From the NCBI GenBank assembly GCA_041178085.1, contig JBEGVZ010000095.1:1-19896 (forward strand): DNA of 19,896 nucleotides, given 5' to 3'. Every line of letters starts with the position of its first letter. Position 1 is the first letter of the stretch. The notes under the pieces are model-generated. The model was not told the DNA's origin. It did not search any database and saw nothing but the letters and a program-made list of their open reading frames with translations. This document shows positions 1 through 8,101 of this stretch, piece by piece. Source of the stretch: Pseudomonadota bacterium. GTDB taxonomy: Bacteria; Bdellovibrionota_B; Oligoflexia; Oligoflexales; RGVZ01. The position numbers were made by a program, and so were the translations under genes.

Positions 1-1228
1 CATCGCAGACGACACCGAACTCACGGATCAGGGCCGATGTCCTCTGGCGCACCTTTTCCCAACGTACCCAGGGAATCAGGCCACGCGCAGCCATCTGCTG
101 CCGGCAACGTGCTGACAAAAGCAAGTTCACAGCCAGATCGCCGTCTTCGATCATGCCGTGGGCGTGGCGGTCAAAGGGCAATAAAGCCACACGGACCCGG
201 TCACGCAGCTCGTGGGACGGCACTGCGGTAACATCTGCATCACCGATCAGGATGGAACCTGACTCCGCAGATGCACGGGGTTGCAGGCGCAAAATAGACT
301 CAATCAATTGCTGTTGCCCGTTGCCGTCAACACCGGCAATCCCGACAATTTCACCCGCATCAACGCGGAAATCGACATCCAGGGAAATCCGCGCATGTCG
401 GCAGCGGTAGTTGCGCAGCGTGAGAGCCGGAGAAGTCTTGGATGCCTTGACTACCCGTGCATCCGAAACGGAATTGGCATCACGCGCAGCTATTCTGGCA
501 GCAACTTCACCCATCATCATTGCTGCCACGTCATCAGCTGTGACTGCACCGGCCTCCACAACCCCGACAATGCTGCCGGCCCTGATGACAGCGATCCGAT
601 CGCATACTTCAAGTACCTCGTCCAGCTTGTGGCTGATCAGGATGACCGACTGTCCGCCCGCACGCATCTTGCGAAGCCGTTCCAGAAACGGTTTGACTTC
701 GAGCGGAGTCAAAACCGCGGTGGGTTCGTCCAGGATGACTGCGCGCGCACCCTGGCACATCACCTTGAGGATCTCCAGCTGCTGTTGCTGGCCAATAGGA
801 AGGTCTTCGACGCGCGCTTCAAGGTCAAGCTGCAGGCCAAGGGCGGCCATTGCCTCGACTGCCCGCCCCCTGACTTCCTCGCCGCCAACAAGACGCAAGT
901 GGTCAAAGACAGTCAATGCAGGCGCCAACTGGAAATGTTGATGCACGAGGCCTATACCGAGGGCGATGGCATCACGCGGACTCTTGAGGTCTACCCGCTG
1001 GCCATCTACAAAGATTGCACCTGAATCTGGACGGTAATGCCCATAAAGCATGTTGATGCAAGTTGACTTGCCAGCCCCGTTTTCTCCGACCAGCCCCAGA
1101 ATTTCATGCGATCGCAAGTCAAACGTGACGTCGTGGTTGGCGAGCACCGGGCCAAACTGCTTGCGCAGCCCTGAAACCTCGATGCGTATCCCGGGGACTT
1201 TGGCGCCAAGGTGGCCGGCTACCGTCAT
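1..1228 (-). CDS. CUT2-family (nucleoside/sugar) ABC transporter ATP-binding protein with two NBDs; 3' end runs off the window
   Basis: Translated by hand because it is missing from the ORF track: MTVAGHLGAKVPGIRIEVSGLRKQFGPVLANHDV... Contains Walker A GENGAGKST, Q-loop GIGLVHQHF, Walker B/D-loop ILDEPTAVL and a degenerate second Walker A GIAGVDGNGQ. The ATG at 1228 overlaps the BMP stop (ATGA). Confidence 0.93.
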   Translation of the reverse strand, partial: MTVAGHLGAKVPGIRIEVSGLRKQFGPVLANHDVTFDLRSHEILGLVGENGAGKSTCINMLYGHYRPDSGAIFVDGQRVDLKSPRDAIALGIGLVHQHFQLAPALTVFDHLRLVGGEEVRGRAVEAMAALGLQLDLEARVEDLPIGQQQQLEILKVMCQGARAVILDEPTAVLTPLEVKPFLERLRKMRAGGQSVILISHKLDEVLEVCDRIAVIRAGSIVGVVEAGAVTADDVAAMMMGEVAARIAARDANSVSDARVVKASKTSPALTLRNYRCRHARISLDVDFRVDAGEIVGIAGVDGNGQQQLIESILRLQPRASAESGSILIGDADVTAVPSHELRDRVRVALLPFDRHAHGMIEDGDLAVNLLLSARCRQQMAARGLIPWVRWEKVRQRTSALIREFGVVCD

Positions 1229-2241
1229 TTGCCTGCTCCACCGGTAAGGTAGTAATCCGGAACTTTGACTGCACCGGATGCGATGTCACGCTTGAGCTGA
1301 TCCAGCTTGCTTTTGGTTTCAGGGTCCAAAACGCCTTGGTTGAAGCGATCCATAGCGAAGTCAATGCCACCGTTGGCAATCCCGAACTCACGCTTGCCGC
1401 CCGAAAAACGCCCATTTTTTGCATCGTCAACGACCTGGAAAATCGCGACATCGATGCGCTTCAGAATGCTGGTCAGGATCCTGCCAGGCTTCTGGCCGTT
1501 CTGGTTGGAGTCCGTGCCAATTGCGAAAACACCGCGCTCGGCCGCAGCATCAAAAGCGCCCGCCGCCGACGCACCTGCTGCGACGTAAAGCACATCAACC
1601 CCATTGGCAAACTGTGACAAGGCAAGTTCTTTTGCTTTTGGGGGATTGTTCCAGCTGTCGACCGTGACCCCGACAAAATTGGACAAGGTCACAGCCCGGG
1701 GATCCACGTGGCGTGCGCCTGCCTTGAAGCCCATGTCAAAACGACGGATGAGCGGCACATCCATGCCACCCAGGAATCCAACTTTGCCTGTCCGGGACTT
1801 CAGGCGCGCGGCCGCACCCGCAAGGAACGCGCCTTCATGATCGGCAAAAACCAGGGACCTGACGTTGGGCTGGTCCACCACCGCATCCACGAGGGCAAAG
1901 TGGACCGCCGGGAAATCACGGGCGGCGCGCGAGATGGGCTCGGCCTGCGAAAAACCGATGGCGATCACGAGGTCAAATTTCTTGCGCGCAAAGGTCCGCA
2001 ACGCAGGTTCATAGGCGTTGTCATCCATTGCCTCGACAAACTTCACATCGACGCCGAGTCTTGTCCTGGCCTCCACCAGTCCCTGCCAAGCTGCGGCGTT
2101 GAATGAACGATCGTCGCGCCCGCCCTTGTCGAACACCATACCGACACGGAAACGGGATGACTCCGAGGCAAATGAAACCTCTACAAGAAGGGCCAAAAAA
2201 GCCACGCACATTGCGGTGATAAGGCGGAAGTTTCGGTTCAT
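1225..2241 (-). CDS. BMP/PnrA-family ABC substrate-binding protein (probably purine nucleoside)
   Basis: Motifs GGRDDRSFN, DLVIAIGF, HEGAFLAG, GFLGGMD, AIGTDSNQ and SILKRID. N-terminal signal peptide without a clear lipobox. Translationally coupled to the ATPase. Confidence 0.93.
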   Translation of the reverse strand: MNRNFRLITAMCVAFLALLVEVSFASESSRFRVGMVFDKGGRDDRSFNAAAWQGLVEARTRLGVDVKFVEAMDDNAYEPALRTFARKKFDLVIAIGFSQAEPISRAARDFPAVHFALVDAVVDQPNVRSLVFADHEGAFLAGAAARLKSRTGKVGFLGGMDVPLIRRFDMGFKAGARHVDPRAVTLSNFVGVTVDSWNNPPKAKELALSQFANGVDVLYVAAGASAAGAFDAAAERGVFAIGTDSNQNGQKPGRILTSILKRIDVAIFQVVDDAKNGRFSGGKREFGIANGGIDFAMDRFNQGVLDPETKSKLDQLKRDIASGAVKVPDYYLTGGAGK

Positions 2242-2358
2242 ATGAGTGGCGAGAATACATGAATCCGCCGCTTCTGGTAAACTCTAGAAGGACGGGGCAA
2301 CAGCCTCTCCGGCATGAAGTTTATGCCGGAATCGCTCCGTAATCCCAAGGATGGACCC

Positions 2359-2967
2359 ATGCTTCAGTACCGGGAATTGACCCCAGCGTTGTTGGCGCGC
2401 CCTCTGACCGGCTTTGGCCTGGACGGACAATCCATCGAGGACCTTTGCCAGGGCGGGCAGGCTTGCCTGCTGGTTTTCCTGCCCCAGCTTGGCAGCGCGT
2501 TCGCGCGGGAGGCGGTACAGGACGTATTCAACTCAGCAAAGAACGACCCGAATTACCCGTCTGTCGTGTTCTTCCACCACGACAGTGAAGACCAGGGAAA
2601 CCTCTTTTTTGAGAAACATTGGAAGCGCGCCAAGGCTGTTGCCGACCCGGAAATGTACTTTTACCGGGAGTTTGGCGTGCCCGCGGCCGGCCTGTGGGAG
2701 CTTGCCAATCCGCTCGCACTGGCGAGGGCAATCAAGGCGGCCGTCAAAGGACACTTACCAAAGAAACCAAGTAGCGACCTGTGGAGCCTGCCCGGGACTT
2801 TCGTCGTCTCTGGGAACCGCATCCTTTGGAGCCACAATTCTCGACACGCCGGTGACTTCCCGGCCTTCAACAAGATGCGCCCACTTGTCCAGGGGCTGCT
2901 GGCTCAGGACAGGAAAAGGCCAGGAAAAAACAGTGAAACCCGCGGCAAATTGCCGCGGGCCAGCTAA
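2359..2967 (+). CDS. SelL-related / AhpC-TSA_2 peroxiredoxin-like thioredoxin-fold protein lacking the CxxC
   Basis: LLVFLPQLGSAFARE aligns to the family motif LVFLRHxGCxFCRE. Also ADPEMYFYREFG and LPGTFVV...SHNSRHAGDFP. The start at 2359 follows AAGGATGGA; alternative ATGs lie at 2314 and 2323. Confidence 0.75.
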   Translation: MLQYRELTPALLARPLTGFGLDGQSIEDLCQGGQACLLVFLPQLGSAFAREAVQDVFNSAKNDPNYPSVVFFHHDSEDQGNLFFEKHWKRAKAVADPEMYFYREFGVPAAGLWELANPLALARAIKAAVKGHLPKKPSSDLWSLPGTFVVSGNRILWSHNSRHAGDFPAFNKMRPLVQGLLAQDRKRPGKNSETRGKLPRAS

Positions 2968-2971
2968 CAGA

Positions 2972-3463
2972 TCAAGATGCTCGCTTCTGTTCCTGACGGG
3001 CTTCGGTAGAGGCCTTGGTCTTCTCTGCGGAAACAAACTTGTCCGCACGCCGCACCAGGACAGAGCCCTCACTGACGTAACCGAACCATGCACCGGAAAC
3101 CGCAAGCACTGCGTGAAACCAGATGTTGTTACCGTTGACCGGCATCAACCCGATTACTGTGTCCAGGACCGGAATGAAGCCAAAAATCATCAGCAACCCC
3201 ATGATGACGCCCGTCGCTCTGGCATAACCGCGAGCCGCATAGGACGAACTAAAACAGGTTGCGCCCCAGATGCCGACGAAAGTGTGAAAAAGGTTCGAAA
3301 TGATATTGACCGGTAAAAATCCCCAGAGCAGGCCGCTACCGTAAGTGATTGCGAGCGCCGGCGAACCCAGGGGCAGCTCCGTCACCATAGCCGGGAAGAA
3401 ACCGCAGACACCGACAATCATCAGGACGATGCCACTGATCAGGGAAAAATATTTCAAGCTCAT
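2972..3463 (-). CDS. DUF4383-like four-helix membrane protein
   Basis: Four hydrophobic segments with LLWGFLPVNIISNLFHTFVGIWG and GLMPVNGNNIWFHAVL. A strong RBS GAGGAGG precedes the ATG at 3463. The longer ORF-track start overlaps the next gene. Confidence 0.78.
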   Translation of the reverse strand: MSLKYFSLISGIVLMIVGVCGFFPAMVTELPLGSPALAITYGSGLLWGFLPVNIISNLFHTFVGIWGATCFSSSYAARGYARATGVIMGLLMIFGFIPVLDTVIGLMPVNGNNIWFHAVLAVSGAWFGYVSEGSVLVRRADKFVSAEKTKASTEARQEQKRAS

Positions 3464-3496
3464 GGCCAGACCTCCTCTCAAGGTTGCCTGGTCCAT

Positions 3497-3512
3497 TGCT
3501 TGTTCCGTGCCA
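3497..3512 (-). promoter_or_regulatory. sigma54 (-24/-12) promoter candidate for the DUF4383-like gene
   Basis: The minus strand reads TGGCACG-GAAC-AAGC-A: a perfect -24 heptamer with GG-N10-GC spacing, inside a 50-bp intergenic gap. Confidence 0.65.
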
Positions 3513-3513
3513 A

Positions 3514-4629
3514 TCAGGCGTAGTAACGACCAAACCGGTTGGCCAGGAAATCCTTGAAAGATACATCTTCCTGGCGGACAAAGCCTGACTTCGGCAGCTT
3601 CCCGCTGCGATGGATGTCGAGCACAGCCGTGATTCCTGCCGCCGTGGTGATTTGGATCGCGCCCCAATGCTCATCTTCGATCGGCGCATTGTAGATCTTC
3701 TTGCAGTATGACTTCTGCGAAAGCAGGCCGTTCTTCCAGCCGGAAACCGTGACCATGATCAGGACAACATCCTGATGGGTGTGCGGCAAAGATTTTTCAA
3801 AGATTTTCTTTAGTGTGTCGCGATCGTAGTTGAGCTGCAGGTCGTTCATCAGGAGGGCGACGATATCGCGATGTCCGGGGTAGCGCACGCTGCGGTAGTT
3901 CAGGTTTCGCACCTTGCCGTCGTATGTCTCAGCCAGGCTGCCCAGGCCACCGGAGGTGTTGAACGCCTCGTACTCAGTTCCGTCGATGCTGAAACGCTCG
4001 TAACCTTCGAGCGGAGCGACCAAGGTCAGCTTGCCGTCAACGACGGCTTCGCATGGATTGCCGTACTCGTTGATCAGGCCCTCTGTGCTCCAGGTAAGGT
4101 TGTACTTGAGGGCATTATGCGGAAACATCGGCAGGGCGCCGACCCGCATCTTGATCTCATCGACCTTTTCAAACTCCTGGGCCAGGTTGTGCGCCGCGAT
4201 CGTGATGAACCCAGGTGCCAGACCGCATTGCGGAATGAAGGCAAGGCTACTTCCCTGCGCAAGCTCACGAACACCCTTGGTTGTCTGCACGTCTTCGGTG
4301 AGGTCCAGGTAATTGACACCGGATTCCTTGCAGGCGCGGGCGATTCCAAGGTTCAAGTGAAACGGGGCGCAGGACAAAGCGTAGTCATGGCCCTTGAGCA
4401 CCTTCGCCACCTGGGCCGGGTTTCCAAGATCGCAGGCTTCGGCTTTGACGTTCCGGACGACGCGACCAGAAGACGATTTCGTGGCCTTGGCAGCCTGCGA
4501 AGCATGCATGTCGATGGCGGTCACTTCGTAGTCGCCAGAGTCCGCCAGAAGATGGCACACAAGCCTGCCGACCTTGCCGCAACCCAACACTGCCACCTTC
4601 GTCAATCCGCCCTTGGCGCCCTGGACCAT
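3514..4629 (-). CDS. Saccharopine dehydrogenase family / L-lysine 6-dehydrogenase-like oxidoreductase
   Basis: Rossmann VLGCGKVG; motifs YLDLTED, PQCGLAPG, YNLTWSTEGLINEY, EAFNTSGG and RYPGH; RBS GGAGG upstream of the ATG. Confidence 0.9.
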   Translation of the reverse strand: MVQGAKGGLTKVAVLGCGKVGRLVCHLLADSGDYEVTAIDMHASQAAKATKSSSGRVVRNVKAEACDLGNPAQVAKVLKGHDYALSCAPFHLNLGIARACKESGVNYLDLTEDVQTTKGVRELAQGSSLAFIPQCGLAPGFITIAAHNLAQEFEKVDEIKMRVGALPMFPHNALKYNLTWSTEGLINEYGNPCEAVVDGKLTLVAPLEGYERFSIDGTEYEAFNTSGGLGSLAETYDGKVRNLNYRSVRYPGHRDIVALLMNDLQLNYDRDTLKKIFEKSLPHTHQDVVLIMVTVSGWKNGLLSQKSYCKKIYNAPIEDEHWGAIQITTAAGITAVLDIHRSGKLPKSGFVRQEDVSFKDFLANRFGRYYA

Positions 4630-4803
4630 CTGCTGCCTCCCATCACTTTTGCCAATTATTCCGCCCGTTTTCTGGGCAGAGGGACCTCTTTATCGCGGTT
4701 ATGCGGGATCCGGTCAAGCGCTACTGCACTTAGGCTCTTCCCATCTTGCCCGCCTTAGATTAAAGGAAAGGCACGTTTTTTAAAGAATTTCTAAGGGGAT
4801 CTT

Positions 4804-5481
4804 ATGAGAATTCTTGTGGTCGAAGACGACGCTCCGCTCGCCAGCGTGGTAGTCAGGACACTCCGAGAAGAATCGTATGCAGTCGATCTGGCCCAGGATG
4901 GTCAGGAGGCTGAGTGGTACGCATTTGAAAACCCTTACGACCTGATCATCCTCGACCTGATGCTTCCGCGCAAAGACGGCCTAAGCGTCCTGAAAACCCT
5001 GCGCTCTTCCGGTATCCATACACCCGTTTTGATCCTGACCGCCAAGGATGCGCCTGGGGATGTTGTAACGGGGCTCGACACCGGCGCCGACGATTACCTG
5101 AAGAAACCATTCAGCCTGGACGAATTGACCGCACGTGTCCGCGCGCTTTTGCGCCGTCTGCCGCACGAAACCGGCGCGATCCTCGAATGCGGACCGCTCA
5201 AGATCGACCCTGCGCGAAAGGAAGTCACCCGGGGTGGAGCGAGGATCGACCTCACCGCGAAAGAATTCGCCCTTCTTGAATACATGGCCCGCCATGCCGG
5301 AACGGTCCTGACCAGGACCCAGCTCTCGGAACACGTCTGGGACATGAATTTTGAGCCGACCTCCAACGTCGTCGATGTTTATGTCGGTTACCTGCGCAAC
5401 AAGATCGACAAGGCTTTTGAATATCCGTTGATCAAGACCATGCGCGGACACGGCTACATGCTGGACGCCAGCAAAACATGA
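4804..5481 (+). CDS. OmpR-family response regulator (CusR/CopR/CzcR-like)
   Basis: Receiver domain with VVEDD, ILDLMLP (phospho-Asp), LTAKD and ADDYLKKPF; winged helix with VWDMNFEPTSNVVDVYVGYLRNKID. Confidence 0.95.
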   Translation: MRILVVEDDAPLASVVVRTLREESYAVDLAQDGQEAEWYAFENPYDLIILDLMLPRKDGLSVLKTLRSSGIHTPVLILTAKDAPGDVVTGLDTGADDYLKKPFSLDELTARVRALLRRLPHETGAILECGPLKIDPARKEVTRGGARIDLTAKEFALLEYMARHAGTVLTRTQLSEHVWDMNFEPTSNVVDVYVGYLRNKIDKAFEYPLIKTMRGHGYMLDASKT

Positions 5482-6905
5482 TCCTTGACCGGATCCCAGT
5501 CCGACTTCGCCTGACGCTGGGCCATGCGCTCTGGCTGGCGTTTTTTTTCGCCGCGACGGGATTCGCGATCCACCGCATCGTTGAGCACAACCTTTACCAA
5601 CAGGTCGATGCCGCACTGCTGGCCTCCGCAAAGTCGATCAACGATGCCCGCTATGCAAAACCACTCAGCCCGCCGCTCATTCAGGAATTCCTGGCCCGGC
5701 ACTTTGGCGAAAGGCATACCCGGCCCTACGCGCAGCTCGTGGATCTTTCGGGAAAGGTCAGCGCGCGCACGCCTAACATCCGGGTCAACCTGCCGGTGAC
5801 GGCGCGGGCGTGGAAACGGGCTGAACGGGGCGTTGAGACATTTGAGTCGTTTGTCGGAAAACGCACTGGCAACCCGTTCCGCCAGGTGACTTTGCCAGTT
5901 TTGCAAGACGGCAAGTTCACCGGTGAGCTCATCCAGGTCGGCGCGCCACTCGATTCGACTGTCCACGCACTTTCTACCATCAGCCTGGTGCTGTGGACCG
6001 CTTTGCCAACCGGGGTTCTACTCTCTGCATTGCTGGGTTATTTTCTTGCCAAGCGTGCCTTGCAACCGGTGAAAGACATGCAGATTGCCGCCGCCGGTCT
6101 GGGCGCCAAAGACCTGGGCCAGCGACTGGATCTTCCTGTCGCCAACGACGAATTGCGGGCACTGGCTGAGACCTTCAACGGCATGCTCGGGCGTCTGGAG
6201 GACGCCTTCAAACGGCTGCGTCGCTTCAGCGGAGATGTTTCCCACGAACTGCGAACGCCTGTGGCCGTGTTGCGCGGTGAGGCGGAACTTGCGTTGCGTC
6301 GCGAGCGCTCCCCGGAGGAATACCGCGATGCGCTGCGCAACATTCTGGTCGAAACCCATCAGATGTCTGGAATTATTGAAGACCTCTTGTTGCTGGCCCG
6401 CGCGGAAAGTAAATCCGTGGCCATGCAGTGGGCGGAAGTCGACTCCACCCAGTTCATCGAGTCGATCCGGGAATCCGTTCAACCCGTGTTTGACAAGCGC
6501 GGAGTCAATCTTGTTGTCCCTGCAGATCCCACAGTGAAATCGTTCACTGCCTCTGCCAACTACCTGTCCCTGGCAATCAAGAACCTTTTGTTGAACGCCG
6601 CCAAACACTCTGCCAATGGATCAAGCGTCGTACTTGACATGGAAGCCGCGAACAAGCCGGGCGCGAAGCCTGGCGTCATTTTCCGGGTACGGGACGAGGG
6701 TGAGGGGATCCCGGCCGAAAGCCTGCCATACATATTCGACCCGTTTTATCGTGCTGACACAGCTCGAAATCGCGCGAATGGCGGCGCAGGGGTCGGACTC
6801 AGCCTGACCAAGGCGATGGTCAACCTTCATGCCGGAACCGTCGAAGTCGCCTCTGTCTTTGGCGAGGGCGCAACCTTCACGATCAATCTACCGGCACACA
6901 GCTGA
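5478..6905 (+). CDS. Sensor histidine kinase (2 TM, HAMP, HisKA, HATPase; CusS-like)
   Basis: H-box DVSHELRTP, N-box NLLLNAAKH, G1 DEGEGIP, F-box IFDPFYR and G2 GAGVGLS. ATGA overlap with the regulator. Confidence 0.95.
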   Translation: MILDRIPVRLRLTLGHALWLAFFFAATGFAIHRIVEHNLYQQVDAALLASAKSINDARYAKPLSPPLIQEFLARHFGERHTRPYAQLVDLSGKVSARTPNIRVNLPVTARAWKRAERGVETFESFVGKRTGNPFRQVTLPVLQDGKFTGELIQVGAPLDSTVHALSTISLVLWTALPTGVLLSALLGYFLAKRALQPVKDMQIAAAGLGAKDLGQRLDLPVANDELRALAETFNGMLGRLEDAFKRLRRFSGDVSHELRTPVAVLRGEAELALRRERSPEEYRDALRNILVETHQMSGIIEDLLLLARAESKSVAMQWAEVDSTQFIESIRESVQPVFDKRGVNLVVPADPTVKSFTASANYLSLAIKNLLLNAAKHSANGSSVVLDMEAANKPGAKPGVIFRVRDEGEGIPAESLPYIFDPFYRADTARNRANGGAGVGLSLTKAMVNLHAGTVEVASVFGEGATFTINLPAHS

Positions 6906-6933
6906 TCGCGTTTTCCTGTTTCCAACAAAGATC

Positions 6934-6949
6934 TGGCCCGCTTCATGCA
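6934..6949 (+). promoter_or_regulatory. sigma54 (-24/-12) promoter candidate for the SIMPL gene
   Basis: TGGCCCG-CTTC-ATGC-A with GG-N10-GC spacing, 32 nt before the ATG. Confidence 0.55.
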
Positions 6950-6981
6950 AACCTGCCCCGCAACAAACGGGAGGTTTTTTT

Positions 6982-7833
6982 ATGAAGCAGAATTCACTAT
7001 ACAAGTGGGCGGGGGCGTTCGCAGCCAGCTCGGTTTTTTCCTTCACCGCACATGCGGCGCAGGCAGAGGCCAACACACTGGAAACGCCGGATGGGTTGAT
7101 CGAAGTCACGGGATCGGGGTCAGCATCGGCGGAACCAGAACTGGTCCGCCTTTCGATCAGCGTCACTTCCCGCTGCAATGAAACATCCATTGCTGCCAGG
7201 GACGCCAATGCCATCCTGTCGAATAAGATCATTGAGGTCATCGAACGCTATGCCGCACCGGCTGCCGATATCCCAGGCATGGAACCATTGATTGCAACTT
7301 CCGGGGCCAACGTCCGCCAAACCGAATACAGCGGTTACGGGGAAGATGCGAAAGTGATCTGCGACAACAAGTGGCGGGCGTCTGAATGGATCTCAGGAAT
7401 TTTCACAGACCTGGACAAGTTGCCAGCGATCCAGGACGAATTGCTGCGCTTGATTGACCAGGAATCGGTGGTGACAGGCCATGCGCAGACATGGGCGGAG
7501 ATTGCCGCACCAAACTTTGACTTGAAGCCGGAAACTAATGCGCGGCTGAAGGTCGAAGCCCAGCAGCGAGCATGGAAGGATGCCCTGGGTAAGGTGGATG
7601 TGTTCAAGTCTGCTTGCAACCTGGAAGGTTTGCGCATGATCCGTGCAAGCGAGCCGCATTTCAGCGTCACTCCAGTTTACAAGGCCGCTGCCCTGGGACA
7701 ACCAGATCACAGCACACCAATGCGACCGGGCGCCATCAGCGTTGACGCCGAATGGAACTTCACTTGGGGCTTTGACCCATCGCCAAACCCCAATTGCATA
7801 ACAGGAACAGCAGCCGCACCTGCGTTTCATTGA
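6982..7833 (+). CDS. Exported SIMPL (DUF541)-domain protein
   Basis: RBS GGAGG and a signal peptide ending AHA/AQA. IEVTGSGSASAEPELVRLSISV and PGAISVDAEWNFTW match the SIMPL N- and C-terminal strands; also QQRAWKDALGKV. Confidence 0.8.
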   Translation: MKQNSLYKWAGAFAASSVFSFTAHAAQAEANTLETPDGLIEVTGSGSASAEPELVRLSISVTSRCNETSIAARDANAILSNKIIEVIERYAAPAADIPGMEPLIATSGANVRQTEYSGYGEDAKVICDNKWRASEWISGIFTDLDKLPAIQDELLRLIDQESVVTGHAQTWAEIAAPNFDLKPETNARLKVEAQQRAWKDALGKVDVFKSACNLEGLRMIRASEPHFSVTPVYKAAALGQPDHSTPMRPGAISVDAEWNFTWGFDPSPNPNCITGTAAAPAFH

Positions 7834-8101
7834 ACTCAACACTGGCGATCCTGCGCCCAAGCATTTCTGCCTGCAGGATCGCCTTGTTCTGGGACGGCAA
7901 GAAGCCTGCCTGCGCAACACTAAACACTGCCAGGAGCGTCCAGGAAAGGATGATCCCTCAAGCTACTTGTGCTGACCTTCGAAAAAACCGGAGCTCAGTA
8001 GAACCAACGGTGCCCTTAGCTGAAACGTGCTCCGATTGGTGGTCCTCTTCTGGTTCCACCTCGGGTCCCACGTCGCGCTCCATATTCCAGGCGATAGAGA
8101 T

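Noticed and set aside
281..1024. 247-aa plus-strand ORF and other plus-strand ORFs in 37-1247
   Set aside because: Antisense shadows of the ABC ATPase, which carries all canonical motifs on the minus strand.
2242..2358. Purine riboswitch upstream of the BMP operon
   Set aside because: The gap is short and shared with a divergent gene, and no aptamer consensus is seen.
2414..3316. 300-aa plus-strand ORF
   Set aside because: Off-frame overlap of two better-supported genes, with Arg/Ser/Cys-rich non-protein-like composition.
3871..4758. 295-aa plus-strand ORF
   Set aside because: Antisense to the dehydrogenase; a typical high-GC shadow frame.
5541..5548. T8 run near the 5' end of the kinase as a phase-variation tract
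   Set aside because: Short, in frame, and explained by Phe-Phe-Phe in a TM helix; there is no evidence of length variation.
6829..6981. N-terminal extension of the SIMPL ORF
   Set aside because: Overlaps the kinase; the RBS and signal peptide point to the ATG at 6982.
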